Shown piece after piece: positions 13,054-27,546 of a DNA stretch of 64,000 nt. The position numbers were made by a program, and so were the translations under genes. The stretch comes from the human T2T-CHM13v2.0 reference genome, Homo sapiens: assembly GCF_009914755.1 (NCBI RefSeq), contig NC_060941.1, one strand, 5' to 3'. Position 1 is the stretch's first letter. Every line of letters starts with the position of its first letter. The notes below the pieces were generated by a model that saw only the letters and a list, made by a program, of their open reading frames with translations, searched no databases and had not been told where the DNA came from.

Positions 13054-15834
13054 TGAATTTCTTATCTTCATTTCCCTCCGTATCTGTGTCTTTGTGTGTT
13101 CAGAGCCTTCTAGAGTGTTTCTTGGTTCCTCCTTCTGTCTATGCCAGCTCCTCTCACTCTCCAGGATCTGCCTCTCTGCATCTCTGGGCCTCCATCTCTG
13201 TCTCTCCCTCCCCAGGTCTCTCTGTCACATATCCTCAGGGCACTGCTTTCTTGGCCTCTGGGTTTGTGCCTCAGGTTCCCCCACTTGGGCTGGAATCTCA
13301 CTCCCTCAGGCCCATGGGGTCTGTGGTCAGAGCTTAGGTTTGGGGTGGGCTGCCTGCTTTGCCTGGAACTCCTGTCTATCCCAGGAGCAACCAAGGTAGG
13401 GAGGCCTGCCTGCCCCTTCCTGTGTGCAGGCCAGGGCCCTGCTGCCCACTTCTGGACCACCAGCGGGAAATCAGCTGAGCCCCATGTGCAAGGCCAGGCC
13501 TCACCTGTGACGGACAGTTGGCCCTGGGAGAGAGCTGAGAGCTGACAGGAGCCAGGGCGGTTATCTCCCAGGCTTTGCTGGAATCAGATGGGGCAGAGAG
13601 GCCCAGATTTATTCACTTCACTTAGTCCCCGAGACAGGTGAGCGGCTGGAGATGGACGTGCTTCACTGCACGAGGCAGAGGCTAGCATGGGCCAGGCACA
13701 CACGGGAGCTCTGCACACCAAAAGCAAGCCAGAGGCTGGCCCTTGGGGGCTGGGCCCCACTCTCCCAGTTCAGCTAAGACAGGGGCAAGGGGCCCGCAGA
13801 TGTCACCTTGCAGCTGGAATTGACCAATCAGCCAAGGTTGTCATTGGGTCTCGGGCAAATTAGAGGCGACAGCCATGCTCCTGACCTCCGTGGTGTGGCT
13901 GATGAGGGCCTTCTGCTCTTGGAAATCCACCTCTAAGCCAGCGAGGAGGCCCACGACAGGCAGGTGGGCTGCTGGGGGAAGAGGTCGGGTGTGGCAGGAA
14001 AGCAACAGCGGCTCATTTGTGCTCAGGACATCTGTTCTGGGGGCGGCCCCTCCATTCATGCCCCTCATCACTGAGCTTGTGTCTGGCTTAACCAAGAGCT
14101 CCAAAGGTCAAAACAAATTCGTGTGTGTGAGCTTCCGTTTCAAAACACCCGCCAAGCAAGACGTGGCCGGGCCTCTACTCCCCTGAGATTTAGGGAAAGG
14201 GCAGTTTCCTGACTGCTGCAGGTGTTTCTCTGCCTTTCCATGCTGAGACTACGGTGCAAATTATTTGACCTCTCCATGACTTAGTTTCCTATTCTGTAAA
14301 ATGGGACAACAGTAGCGGCCCCGTCACAGGTTGTTGGGGGATGACACGAAATAACGGAGACGCACAGCGCCCAGGACAGCCTGCAATGAGCACCCGTGTC
14401 ATCTATGGCAGCTACAGCTGTTGCTGTTTTTATCGGACTCCTCAGCACCAAGGGCCAAAGCCCATCCCTTTTACCTGCACAGACAGACAGGCAAATGGTA
14501 CCCAGGCCTCGGCTGACCCTGGCAGAATGGCAGCTGCCTGAGAAGACCAAGGCCGACTATCAGTGTCTCTCCCAGCGGGACCCACGGTGGCCTCGGGCAG
14601 TGCAGCGTCACCCCCCTCCCCTTGCCCTGTCTCAGCTGGGAGGGATGACATTCATTCCCCAAGTGTCTGGCTGGACCAGAGCCACAGACACAACTGTCTA
14701 TGACATTGTTTGATTGTTTATTTTCTTGACCCAAACAGCAGACCTGCACCAGGGAGATCTGAGTCAGTGGCTTCCAAGGTGCCACACAGGGCCTGTGGTG
14801 CCGTTCTCAGGTGGTTCAAAGACAACTCCCCCCTTCCTTGTCTCTAAACAGTCCTTTCCGGCGTGTGTGTGTGTGTGTGGTGTGTGTGTGTGTGTGTGTT
14901 GGCTTCTATTAGCTTTACATTTCAAAAATCCCAGGTACTTCCAGCTCCCTGGGACTACAGAATCCATGCAGGGAGGAAAATGAACAGAGATGGGGAAGGT
15001 GATAATTAAGCATAAGAGGCCTTCCTGGGGCTAGGACTTGGGAAGGAAGCTTCAGTCAGTTCATGGCACTTAGTGAGCGCTTATCAAAGCATAGTGGGGA
15101 TGCTGGGTGGGTCTGACGGGATTTCGTTTGACAGCATGTGCCTGTCTGTGTGGCATGTGTGCGTGTGTGTGCAGAGGGTGGGGCCAACACGGAAATGGGG
15201 CTGGGCTTTCCAGTAGAGCCTGATCTGAGAGCTGCCTTACCAGCCACTGCTCTACCCCCCGCCTGAAATTCCTCTGTAAGTTTCATTCCCTTGGATTTAG
15301 ACCTGTAAGACACGACCGCTGGGAGAGAACAGACTCTGTCCCAGCCCCTCATCCATTCTACTCATGGGGAAACCAACACCTAGAGAGGAAAAAGGACTTC
15401 CAACGCCAAGACTGTCGGGCCCAGGAGTCCCCCAGGAAAACACCAGCCCTGTGGGGGCTGGGCCTGTAAGCCCTGCTGATGAGGTCACGTTGGGCCACCT
15501 CCATGGTCATGGCAGCCACTAGGGGCAGGGTCAAGGGGTCAGGGTTAGGAGTACAGTCACACAGACGTGACCTGGTCATGCCCCTGCCTCCCACTGGCCA
15601 GGTGCAAAGGTCAGGGAGTGAAGTGAGCTGGACATGAGGGCCCTTCCCTTCTGAGAGAAGCATGCCCATTTTTCTTGCAACAGGCACCCCTATTGGTCTG
15701 TCTTCTTTCTTTTCACAGGGATGTGAAACAAGAACGGTTTCACTTTCTTCTTAAAAACACTGCAACGGTGATGCTGAAAGGGTGTCAGAGACAACAGGGC
15801 CGGGTGGGGACTGCAGCGAACCACAGAATGCAAC

Positions 15835-16770
15835 CGGGGAGCGGCTACTTCCCCTGACCAACTTCCCTGAGCAGGGAGCGGCTACTTACCCTGACCAACT
15901 TTCCCCCAAGCGGGGAGCGGCTACTTACCCTGACCAACTTCCCTGAGCAGGGAGCGGCTACTTACCCTGACCAACTTCCCTGAGCAGGGAGCGGCTACTT
16001 ACCCTGACCAACTTCCCTGAGCAGGGAGCGGCTACTTCCCCTGACCAACTTCCCCGAGCAGGGAGCGGCTACTTACCCTGACCAACTTCCCCGAGCAGGG
16101 AGCGGCTACTTCCCCTGACCAACTTCCCTGAGCAGGGAGCGGCTACTTACCCTGACCAACTTCCCCGAGCAGGGAGCGGCTACTTCCCCTGACCAACTTC
16201 CCTGAGCAGGGAGCGGCTACTTACCCTGACCAACTTCCCCGAGCAGGGAGCGGCTACTTACCCTGACCAACTTCCCTGAGCAGGGAGCGGCTACTTACCC
16301 TGACCAACTTCCCCGAGCAGGGAGCGGCTACTTCCCCTGACCAACTTCCCTGAGCAGGGAGCGGCTACTTACCCTGACCAACTTTCCCCCAAGCGGGGAG
16401 CGGCTACTTACCCTGACCAACTTCCCTGAGCAGGGAGCGGCTACTTACCCTGACCAACTTCCCTGAGCAGGGAGCGGCTACTTACCCTGACCAACTTCCC
16501 TGAGCAGGGAGCGGCTACTTCCCCTGACCAACTTCCCTGAGCAGGGAGCGGCTACTTACCCTGACCAACTTCCCTGAGCAGGGAGCGGCTACTTCCCCTG
16601 ACCAACTTCCCTGAGCAGGGAGCGGCTACTTACCCTGACCAACTTCCCCGAGCAGGGAGCGGCTACTTCCCCTGACCAACTTCCCTGAGCAGGGAGCGGC
16701 TACTTACCCTGACCAACTTCCCCGAGCAGGGAGCGGCTACTTACCCTGACCAACTTCCCTGAGCAGGGAG
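15835..16770. repeat. Minisatellite with a 37-bp unit (two 39-bp variants), 25 copies
   Basis: Unit gggagcggctactt(a/c)ccctgaccaacttccc(t/c)gagca. Confidence 0.97.
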
Positions 16771-17426
16771 GTATCGGAAGCCCTTCTGACTTCCACAAAG
16801 GAAGCCAGAGCTCCAGTTTTTTAAAAATGAGAGTTCTCCACATTTAAACTAGTTGACAATGAATTTTAAGCAGTAGGCCAGATTGAATCACTGCTCCACC
16901 AGTCTGTGACCCAAAACACAGGCAAATGTGTGGTCCCAGAGGACAGACGGCACCCACCTCCTGACAGGGAGGCTTCCTACTCCATTCCGCCTCCTTCTGC
17001 AAGCTCCAGCCCCCCCGGCCCCGGTGTGTACAACACACACTCCCAGCTGCTCTGAAGGCTGTGGAGAATTCACGTACCGCGGCTGGTATATGTGACAGAA
17101 ATGGCAAATCCAGAGTCTGCTAGCAAAATACGGGGGTGGGGAGTGGGCTGGGGGTGAGGAGAAGGAGGCTGAGCTTCCAAAATGCAAATCTCTCAGGGAC
17201 AGAGAGAGAAGGAAGGCGGCATAGCAGCAGCTGGCTCTGGGCGGTCAGCAATCCTATCTGAAAATAAAACATTTTACAATCCACAACTGCACCTCATTAA
17301 GAATGAATGGATCGGCTGGTATAAATAGCATGCCGCGTGAAGAAGTCAGGAAACAGCACATGCGTTTGACGGAAAAACGGCAGCCACAGGGCTGCTTATT
17401 AGCTCGGTGGGCGGAGGCTCTTCACT

Positions 17427-18069
17427 CACTAACAAGACGGGTCCCGGGTTCAAAGCTGGGGTCGGCCGAGGCTCTGCACTAACAAGACGGGTGCAGGGTT
17501 CAAAGCTGGGGTCAGCTGAGGCTCTGCAGTAACAAGAGGGATCCCGGGTTCAAAGCTGGGGTCGGCGGAGGCTCCGCACTAACAAGACGGGTCCAGGGTC
17601 CAAAGCTGGGGTCGGCCGAGGCTCTACACTAACAAGACGGGTCCCGGGTTCAAAGCTGGGGTCGGCCGAGGCTCTGCACTAACAAGACGGATCCAGGGTT
17701 CAAAGCTGGGGTCGGCCGAGGCTCTACACTAACAAGACGGGTCCCGGGTTCAAAGCTGGGGTCGGCCGAGGCTCTGCACTAACAAGACGGATCCAGGGTT
17801 CAAAGCTGGGGTCGGCCGAGGCTCTACACTAACAAGACGGGTCCCGGGTTCAAAGCTGGGGTCGGCCGAGGCTCTGCACTAACAAGACGGGTGCAGGGTT
17901 CAAAGCTGGGGTCAGCTGAGGCTCTGCAGTAACAAGAGGGATGCAGGGTTCAAAGCTGGGGTCGGCCAAGGCTCTACACTAACGAGACGGGTCCATGGGT
18001 CAAAGCTGGGGTCGGCGGTGGCTCCGCACTAACAAGACGGGGGTCCCAGGTTCAAAGCTGGGGTCGGCC
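17427..18069. repeat. Minisatellite with a 50-bp unit, about 13 copies
   Basis: aacaagacgg-type starts every 50 bp from 17431 to 18031. Confidence 0.96.
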
Positions 18070-19859
18070 ACATGGCTTCCCTGATCTTGGAGCACAGAAG
18101 GCCTCACACTGTGCCAGCCCTGCTCCCAACCTGGGCTTAACTCTGGACACACAGTGCCAGCCCACAGTGAGCTTCTCACAGCTCCTGACCCACAGGACCC
18201 CCACTCTAATGTCCTACCTCTGGGCTTGAATGCTGCCATTGACAGGGAGCTCACTCCTCCGTCAGATGCAAAACACTCAGTTCTGTGGCTGGATGGCTAT
18301 TGATCGAGGAAACCTAAATGTCCCCTGCTGTGGCTATTGATCAAGGAAACCTAAATGTCCCCTGCCCTGCCTCAGCTCTGCTCTGGGTCTGGGAGAAGTG
18401 GCCTTAGCTGGCCACGCCATCCGTTATGTTTGACTATCGGACACTGGCCACGCCATCCGTTATGTTTGACTATCGGACACAGAACAGAAATAATTGGGCC
18501 AATCACTTTTTCTCCCAAGTATGGACGTGAGGTCCTGAGAGCGGGGTGGGGGTGGGGCAGATGGTTGGCTTGGAGGGCTGGCAAGCTGCAGAGCGGGCGT
18601 CGGGAGCACAGAGCTGGCACAAGTAGAAGCAGCTCAGCCGCCCTGTCTGTCTCCTCGCGGCCTCGCCAGCCTTCGTCTCCCGCCCTGATTCTGGGAGAAC
18701 CTTCCTCAGTGGTCTGGCAGCAACCTCTACCTCGTGCCAGCCTTGGTGGTCCCTGATCCTCACAACCAAAAATCCCCAACAGTCGGAAAAGAAAAAGCCA
18801 GTGAGCGTCGAGAACTGAGCGACAGCCTGACGCTGCACGGCTTCCGCCACGGGCGGGGCATGCGCTGGGTTTTGGAAGCCGGGATCCTGGGCCCTCTTGG
18901 GCACAGCCTGGCCGCCTACAGGACCCTGGTCAGCCTTCCCCTCCTCATCCATCATCGACAGTCCATTCCACCGTCTGTAGCTGCCCTGGAGGCTGCTCTG
19001 AGCATCAGCTGGGTTAGCGGCCATGAGTCACAGAGCGCTGGGGCTAGTACAGCTCAGAGGGACTCAGCTCTTCCCGGAAGACAGGTAGAGGGCGTGGGGT
19101 GGGGGCGGCAGGATCACTGGGGAAGGGTGGCCCCGGCAAACATTTGCGGCCTGAGCTGAACCAGGCTGTTCAACCCACACAGAACCCTCAGGCTTGCTTT
19201 CACGCCACCACAAAAAGGACCACAGTTTGGAATTTGTAAAATCTGTCTAACATCAAGTGAGCCACTGAAGTGATCGTGAAACTCCCATTTTTCTTAAAAC
19301 TCCCCACCTGGAACAAATCCAAAACCTGTAAGGGAACCAGTGTGTCACCCTGTTCTGGAACAGACCTTGAAGGGAACCGGTGTGTCACCCCGTTCAAAGC
19401 CACCCAGGAGGCCTGCACTCCCCTCTGGGGAAGGATGGACGGTGGAAGGCGGCAGGACTCCTGCAGAGAGGCCTGAGGAGGGACAATGACCCAGGCCTCA
19501 GAGGAGAAGGGAAAAGGAATTTGCCTCCCAGCCGGAGCTGCCTGTGTCCCAGCCTGGGAGCTTTTTGGTTCCTCTCTAAGGGCATGGACGTGAGGAGGAA
19601 ATGGGTATTTACACCCTGTGAGCAGGGCTTTTGATGGTGCTGGGCAAAGTGGAGAGGCCTCCCCAAATCTGGCCAGGCCACAGCCCAGTGACAAGGCTTT
19701 CAATGATACCCCAGGATCCCAGGCCGAGGTCCACATGGTAAAACTTCATGAATCCAGAGGTCCTGGCCCCCACCTGAGAGCCCTCTGAACACTGGCTTCA
19801 GGCCCCTGGTGTCAGGCGCTCAGTCACAATTGAGAAAGGCAGGCAGAAATGACACAGCA

Positions 19860-20355
19860 GGCCGGGTGCGGTGGCTCATGCCTGTAGTACCAGAATTTTG
19901 GGAGGCTGAGCCAGACAGATGACTTGAGCCCAAGAGTTCAAGACCAGGCCTGGACAACGTGGACTCACCCCGTCTCTACAGATACAAAAAAATTAGCAGG
20001 TGCGGTGGTACATGGCCAGCTACTTGGGAGGCAGAGGTGGGAGGATTGCTTGAGTCCGGGAAGTCGTGTGCAGTTAGCTGAGACTGAGCCACTGTACTCC
20101 ACTCCAGCCTAGGTGACAGAGTGAAACCCTGAGAAAGAAAGAAAAGAAAGAAAGAAGAGAGAAAGAGAGAGAGAAAGAAAGGAAGGAAGAGAAAGGAAGA
20201 GGAAGGAAGGAAGGAGAAAAGAAAAGAGGGAGGGACAGAAAGAGAGAGAGAAAGAGAAAAAGAGAGAGAGAGAAAGAAAAGCAACAAAATGAAACGAAAC
20301 TCCAGAAAGAGAGAGAGAAAGAGAAAAAGAGAGAGAGAGAAAAGAAAAGAAACGA
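19860..20355 (+). mobile_element. AluJ-type SINE whose tail has expanded into a GA-rich low-complexity tract
   Basis: Diverged Alu at 19860-20132, then a nearly all-purine (GAAA/GA/GGAA)n tract. Confidence 0.88.
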
Positions 20356-20529
20356 AACTCCAGGGCAGACCTAGGCAGCGGTGCCTGCGGGTCACAGCTC
20401 TGGAGGTTGAAGAGAAGCCGCATCCTGTTAACTGTCCTCGGCGTTGGAGGCAGAGAACAACGTCCACCTGAGAATCGCTTCCGCGCGTAGTGACTCCAGC
20501 CGCGCCTTTATCGTTCTTCCTTTCTTTAC

Positions 20530-20720
20530 AGTGACAGCTGGAACTGCAGCACCCATCTTGTGACCATGAGGGAAAGAGAAGAATTGCAAAGACATCTGTC
20601 CTGACATCACTGAAGCTGCTGAACCGAAGCCGTGGCTCCTTCCTCTGAGCTTCGTATTTTATGAGAAAAAGATGTACTCTTTCGCTACTCAAGTATGCCA
20701 TGTTGATGTGGCTACTTTCA
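20530..20720 (+). mobile_element. Old MaLR LTR fragment (MLT1J/K-like)
   Basis: gctggaactgcagcacccatcttgtgaccatgagg...atgagaaaaa resembles the MLT1 consensus as I recall it. Confidence 0.55.
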
Positions 20721-21604
20721 ACTCCCACCCCCAGCAGCTCTCTCTCTGTGCACAGGGTGGAAATCCAGCTTGAAGGCAAGAAGCCTGTGGAGGGGATGAA
20801 CCCAGCTCTAAAGGTGTTACACCCCGGGGCCCACAGCACCGGTGCCGCCATTTACACCTCATATACCACAGGGGACCTCAGGGACCAGGCCCTATGCAAA
20901 AGCTGACTTTACTGCTGTCATATATGAGCAATGGTATGCCAGGAAGAGCAGGGCAGAGCACACACTGTCTGCAGGGATCAGGTGGAGGGGGAGAGACATC
21001 GCTCAGAGGCAGACCCTGTGACCGGGTACCAAGAGGTACTCAGGCCAGGCCGTTCCCCACCCCCTCCTGGGGAAAGAAGGAATACCCTGCTGGGACCCAC
21101 CAAGGGGTCTGCAGGCAACTCCTTGGCCAAAATCAATACCCAGCGTCCAGGGGAGGGAGAGAGCAGCAAACTCAGGTAGTCAGTGCACCTGTCCTGCAGG
21201 TGCAGTGCAGTCACTGGGTCTCCCTGAGATAACACAGAGGACAGGAACACGTCTACTCTTTCCCTAATACTTTCATTGTGTTATTTTTAACATTTCGATC
21301 TTACCTATCTGCAGTGTGTTTCTGGATACACCTAGAAGGAGAAAGAAATCTAATTGCACCAGCTCCAGTTATGAGATAGGTCTGTTAGCTTCTCATTAAG
21401 TTGAAAAGTGACTTATGGTTGGCGTCCATACATTCTCAGGCTACCCTTTCTCTACTCTTGTCTATTCCACTCGTCTGTTTATTCCTACAAATAAATATTC
21501 TGTTTATCCTGATGCCAATACTATATCGTTCTTACTGATTTCAGTAACTTTATAGTAAGCTTTAAAATTTGGCTGGATAGTTCTTTCCACTACCCTCCCG
21601 ATTC

Positions 21605-24214
<2,610 letters not shown>

Positions 24215-24218
24215 TCAT

Positions 24219-26363
24219 GATTACCTTCCTCTATTGATTACCTTCCTCTATTGACTACCTTCCTCTATTGACTACCTTCCTCTATTGACTACCTTCCTCT
24301 ATTGACTACCTTCCTCTATTGACTACCTTCCTCTATTGACTACCTTCCTCTATTGACTACCTTCCTCTATTGACTACCTTCCTCTATTGACTACCTTCCT
24401 CTATTGACTACCTTCCTCTATTGACTACCTTCCTCTATTGACTACCTTCCTCTATTGACTACCTTCCTCTATTGACTACCTTCCTCTATTGACTACCTTC
24501 CTCTATTGACTACCTTCCTCTATTGACTACCTTCCTCTATTGACTACCTTCCTCTATTGACTACCTTCCTCTATTGACTACCTTCCTCTATTGATTACCT
24601 TCCTCTATTGACTACCTTCCTCTATTGACTACCTTCCTCTATTGATTACCCTTCCTCTATTGATTACCTTCCTCTATTGATTACCCTTCCTCTATTGACT
24701 ACCTTCCTCTATTGACTACCTTCCTCTATTGATTACCTTCCTCTATTGATTACCTTCCTCTATTGACTACCTTCCTCTATTGATTACCTTCCTCTATTGA
24801 TTACCTTCCTCTATTGACTACCTTCCTCTAATGACTACCTTCCTCTATTGATTACCTTCCTCTATTGATTACCCTTCCTCTATTGATTACCTTCCTCTAT
24901 TGATTACCCTTCCTCTATTGACTACCTTCCTCTATTGACTACCTTCCTCTATTGATTACCCTTCCTCTATTGACTACCTTCCTCTATTGACTACCTTCCT
25001 CTATTGACTACCTTCCTCTATTGAATACCTTCCTCTATTGAATACCTTCCTCTATTGAATACCTTCCTCTATTGAATACCATCCTCTATTGATTACCCTT
25101 CCTCTATTGATTACCTTCCTCTATTGATTACCTTTCCTCTACTGATTACCTTCCTCTACTGATTGCCCCTCCTCTACTGATTGCCCCTCCTCTATTGATT
25201 ACCTTCCTCTATTGATTACCCTTCCTCTATTGATTACCTTCCTCTATTGACTACCTTCCTCTATTGACTACCTTCCTCTATTGATTACCTTTCTCTATTG
25301 ATTACCCTTCCTCTATTGATTACCTTCCTCTATTGATTACCTTTCCTCTACTGATTACCTTCCTCTACTGATTGCCCCTCCTCTACTGATTACCCTTCCT
25401 CTATTGATTACCCTTCCTCTATTGATTACCTTCCTCTATTGACTACCTTCCTCTATTGATTACCCTTCCTCTATTGATTACCTTCCTCTATTGATTACCT
25501 TCCTCTATTGACTACCTTCCTCTATTGACTACCTTCCTCTATTGATTACCTTCCTCTATTGATTACCTTTCCTCTATTGATTACCTTCCTCTACTGATTG
25601 CCCCTCCTCTACTGATTACCCTTCCTCTATTGATTACCCTTCCTCTATTGATTACCTTCCTCTATTGATTACCCTTCCTCTATTGATTACCCTTCCTCTA
25701 TTGACTACCTTCCTCTATTGACTACCTTCCTCTATTGACTACCTTCCTCTATTGATTACCCTTCCTCTATTGATTACCTTCCTCTATTGATTACCCTTCC
25801 TCTATTGACTACCTTCCTCTATTGATTACCCTTCCTCTACTGATTGCCCCTCTACTGATTACCCTTCCTCTATTGATTACCTTCCTCTGATTACCTTCCT
25901 CTACTGATTACACTTCCTCTACTGATTACACTTCCTCTATTACCTTCCTCTATTGATTACCTTCCTCTACTGATTACCCTTCCTCTACTGATTACCCTTC
26001 CTCTACTGATTACCTTCCTCTATTGATTACCCTTCCTCTATTGATTACCCTTCCTCTATTGATTACCTTCCTCTATTACTTTCCTCTATTGATTACCCTT
26101 CCTCTATTGATCACCTTCCTCTATTGATCACCTTTCTCTATTGATTACCCCTCTATTGATTACCCTTCCTCTATTGATTATCTTCCTCTATTGATTACCC
26201 TTCCTCTATTGATTCCCTTCCTCTATTGATTACCCTTCCTCTATTGATCACCTTCCTCTATTGATTACCCTTCCTCTATTGATTACCTTCCTCTATTGAT
26301 TACCTTCCTCTATTGATTACCTTCCTCTATTGATTACCCTTCCTCTATTGATTACCCTTCCTC
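24219..26363. repeat. Minisatellite with a 17-bp unit (18-bp variants), about 120-125 copies
   Basis: Unit attga(c/t)tacc(c)ttcctct, homogeneous on the left and increasingly degenerate to the right. Confidence 0.97.
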
Positions 26364-26874
26364 TTCCAACAGGGCATGAGAAAGAAAATAGGGTGGCCTG
26401 GGATGCAGGGAGAAGAAGTTGGGAGCTACAGGTGCATGAGCCTAAGAGATGTGGGATGTAGGGAGAGGGAGAGAGGGAGAGAAGGGAAGAGAATGGGGGG
26501 GGAGAGGGAGAGAAAGAACTGGAGGTGGGCAAAGAGGCTTAGAGAGAGGCTGAGAGAGCGAGCAAGCTGGTGCTGTGATCAGCTCCAAGCCAGTGAAAGG
26601 GACTGTGGGGCAGGAAGAAGATGCTGGCCCCGGGGCCCTCGGAGGCAGGGTCCCAGGAGGAGCAGCGTCTGGTGAGAGCAGGGTGGTTTTCACAGCCTCC
26701 GAGTATCTCCTGGGACTTTCCAGCAGACCCCAATCCAGAGGATCCACACTCTACTGCAAGAGCATGGGGCCACTGCCCTCCTCGCCCATGAAATTAAAAG
26801 GCCATCTTTTAATTAATTAAAAGGCCAAGTCTGCGTGCCTGAGGAAGTGAGGGGGGCTCTGCTCCTCCCCAGGG

Positions 26875-27546
26875 TGTGCGCATGTGCATGGGAGTATGTG
26901 TGCGTGTGGGCAACCGTGTGTGTGCATATGAGTGCGAGTGTGTGTGCGTGTGAATCAGCATGTAAGCTACTGTGTGCATGAGTGTAACGCTAGTGTGTGT
27001 ACATGCATGTGTGTGTGAGCTTGTGTGTCTGCATGTGAGCAAGTGTGTATGCATGTGGATATGAGTGTGTGTATGTGGATGTGTGTGTGGATGTGAGCAC
27101 TATGTGTGCATGTGGATGTGTGTGCATAAATGTGCATGCGCAAGTGTGTGTAGACGTGTGTGTACATGTGGATGTGTGTGTGGATGTGTGTGTCCATGTG
27201 GATGTGTGTGTGCACATGGATGTGTCTGTGTGTACGTGGATGTCTGTGTGTGTGGATGTGAGCGTGTGTGTCCATGTGGATGTGTGTGTGCGTGTGGATG
27301 AGAGCATGTGTGTGTGCACGTGGATGTCAGTGTGTGTGTACGTGGGTGTGTGTGTGGATGTGTGTGTGGATGTGGATGTCAGTGTGTGTGTGTGGATGTG
27401 AGTGTGTATGTGGATGTCAGTGTGTGTGTGTGGATGTCAGTGTGTGTGTGGATATCAGTGTGTGTGTGTGCATGGTGATGTGTGTGTAGGTGTGAGCGTG
27501 TGTCAATGCGGTTGTGTTTGTGTGCGTGGATGTGAGTGTGTGTGTA
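26875..27546. repeat. Compound (GT)n/GTGGAT low-complexity tract
   Basis: Interrupted TG runs with recurring gtggatgt. Confidence 0.93.

Noticed and set aside
17078-17257. Possible 180-nt cryptic minus-strand exon (ttttattttcAG ... GCG|GTacgt)
   Set aside because: There is an in-frame TGA after about 21 codons in the RPH3AL phase and no supporting evidence. Such site pairs are common by chance.
18503-19159. Overlapping 173-aa and 141-aa ORFs in moderately CpG-rich unique sequence
   Set aside because: No recognisable domain or splice structure, and lengths are expected by chance in GC-rich DNA.
19976-20851. 291-aa hydrophobic ORF resembling a membrane protein
   Set aside because: The F/L/S-rich stretch is the reverse of a GA-rich Alu tail, joined to Alu and LTR sequence.
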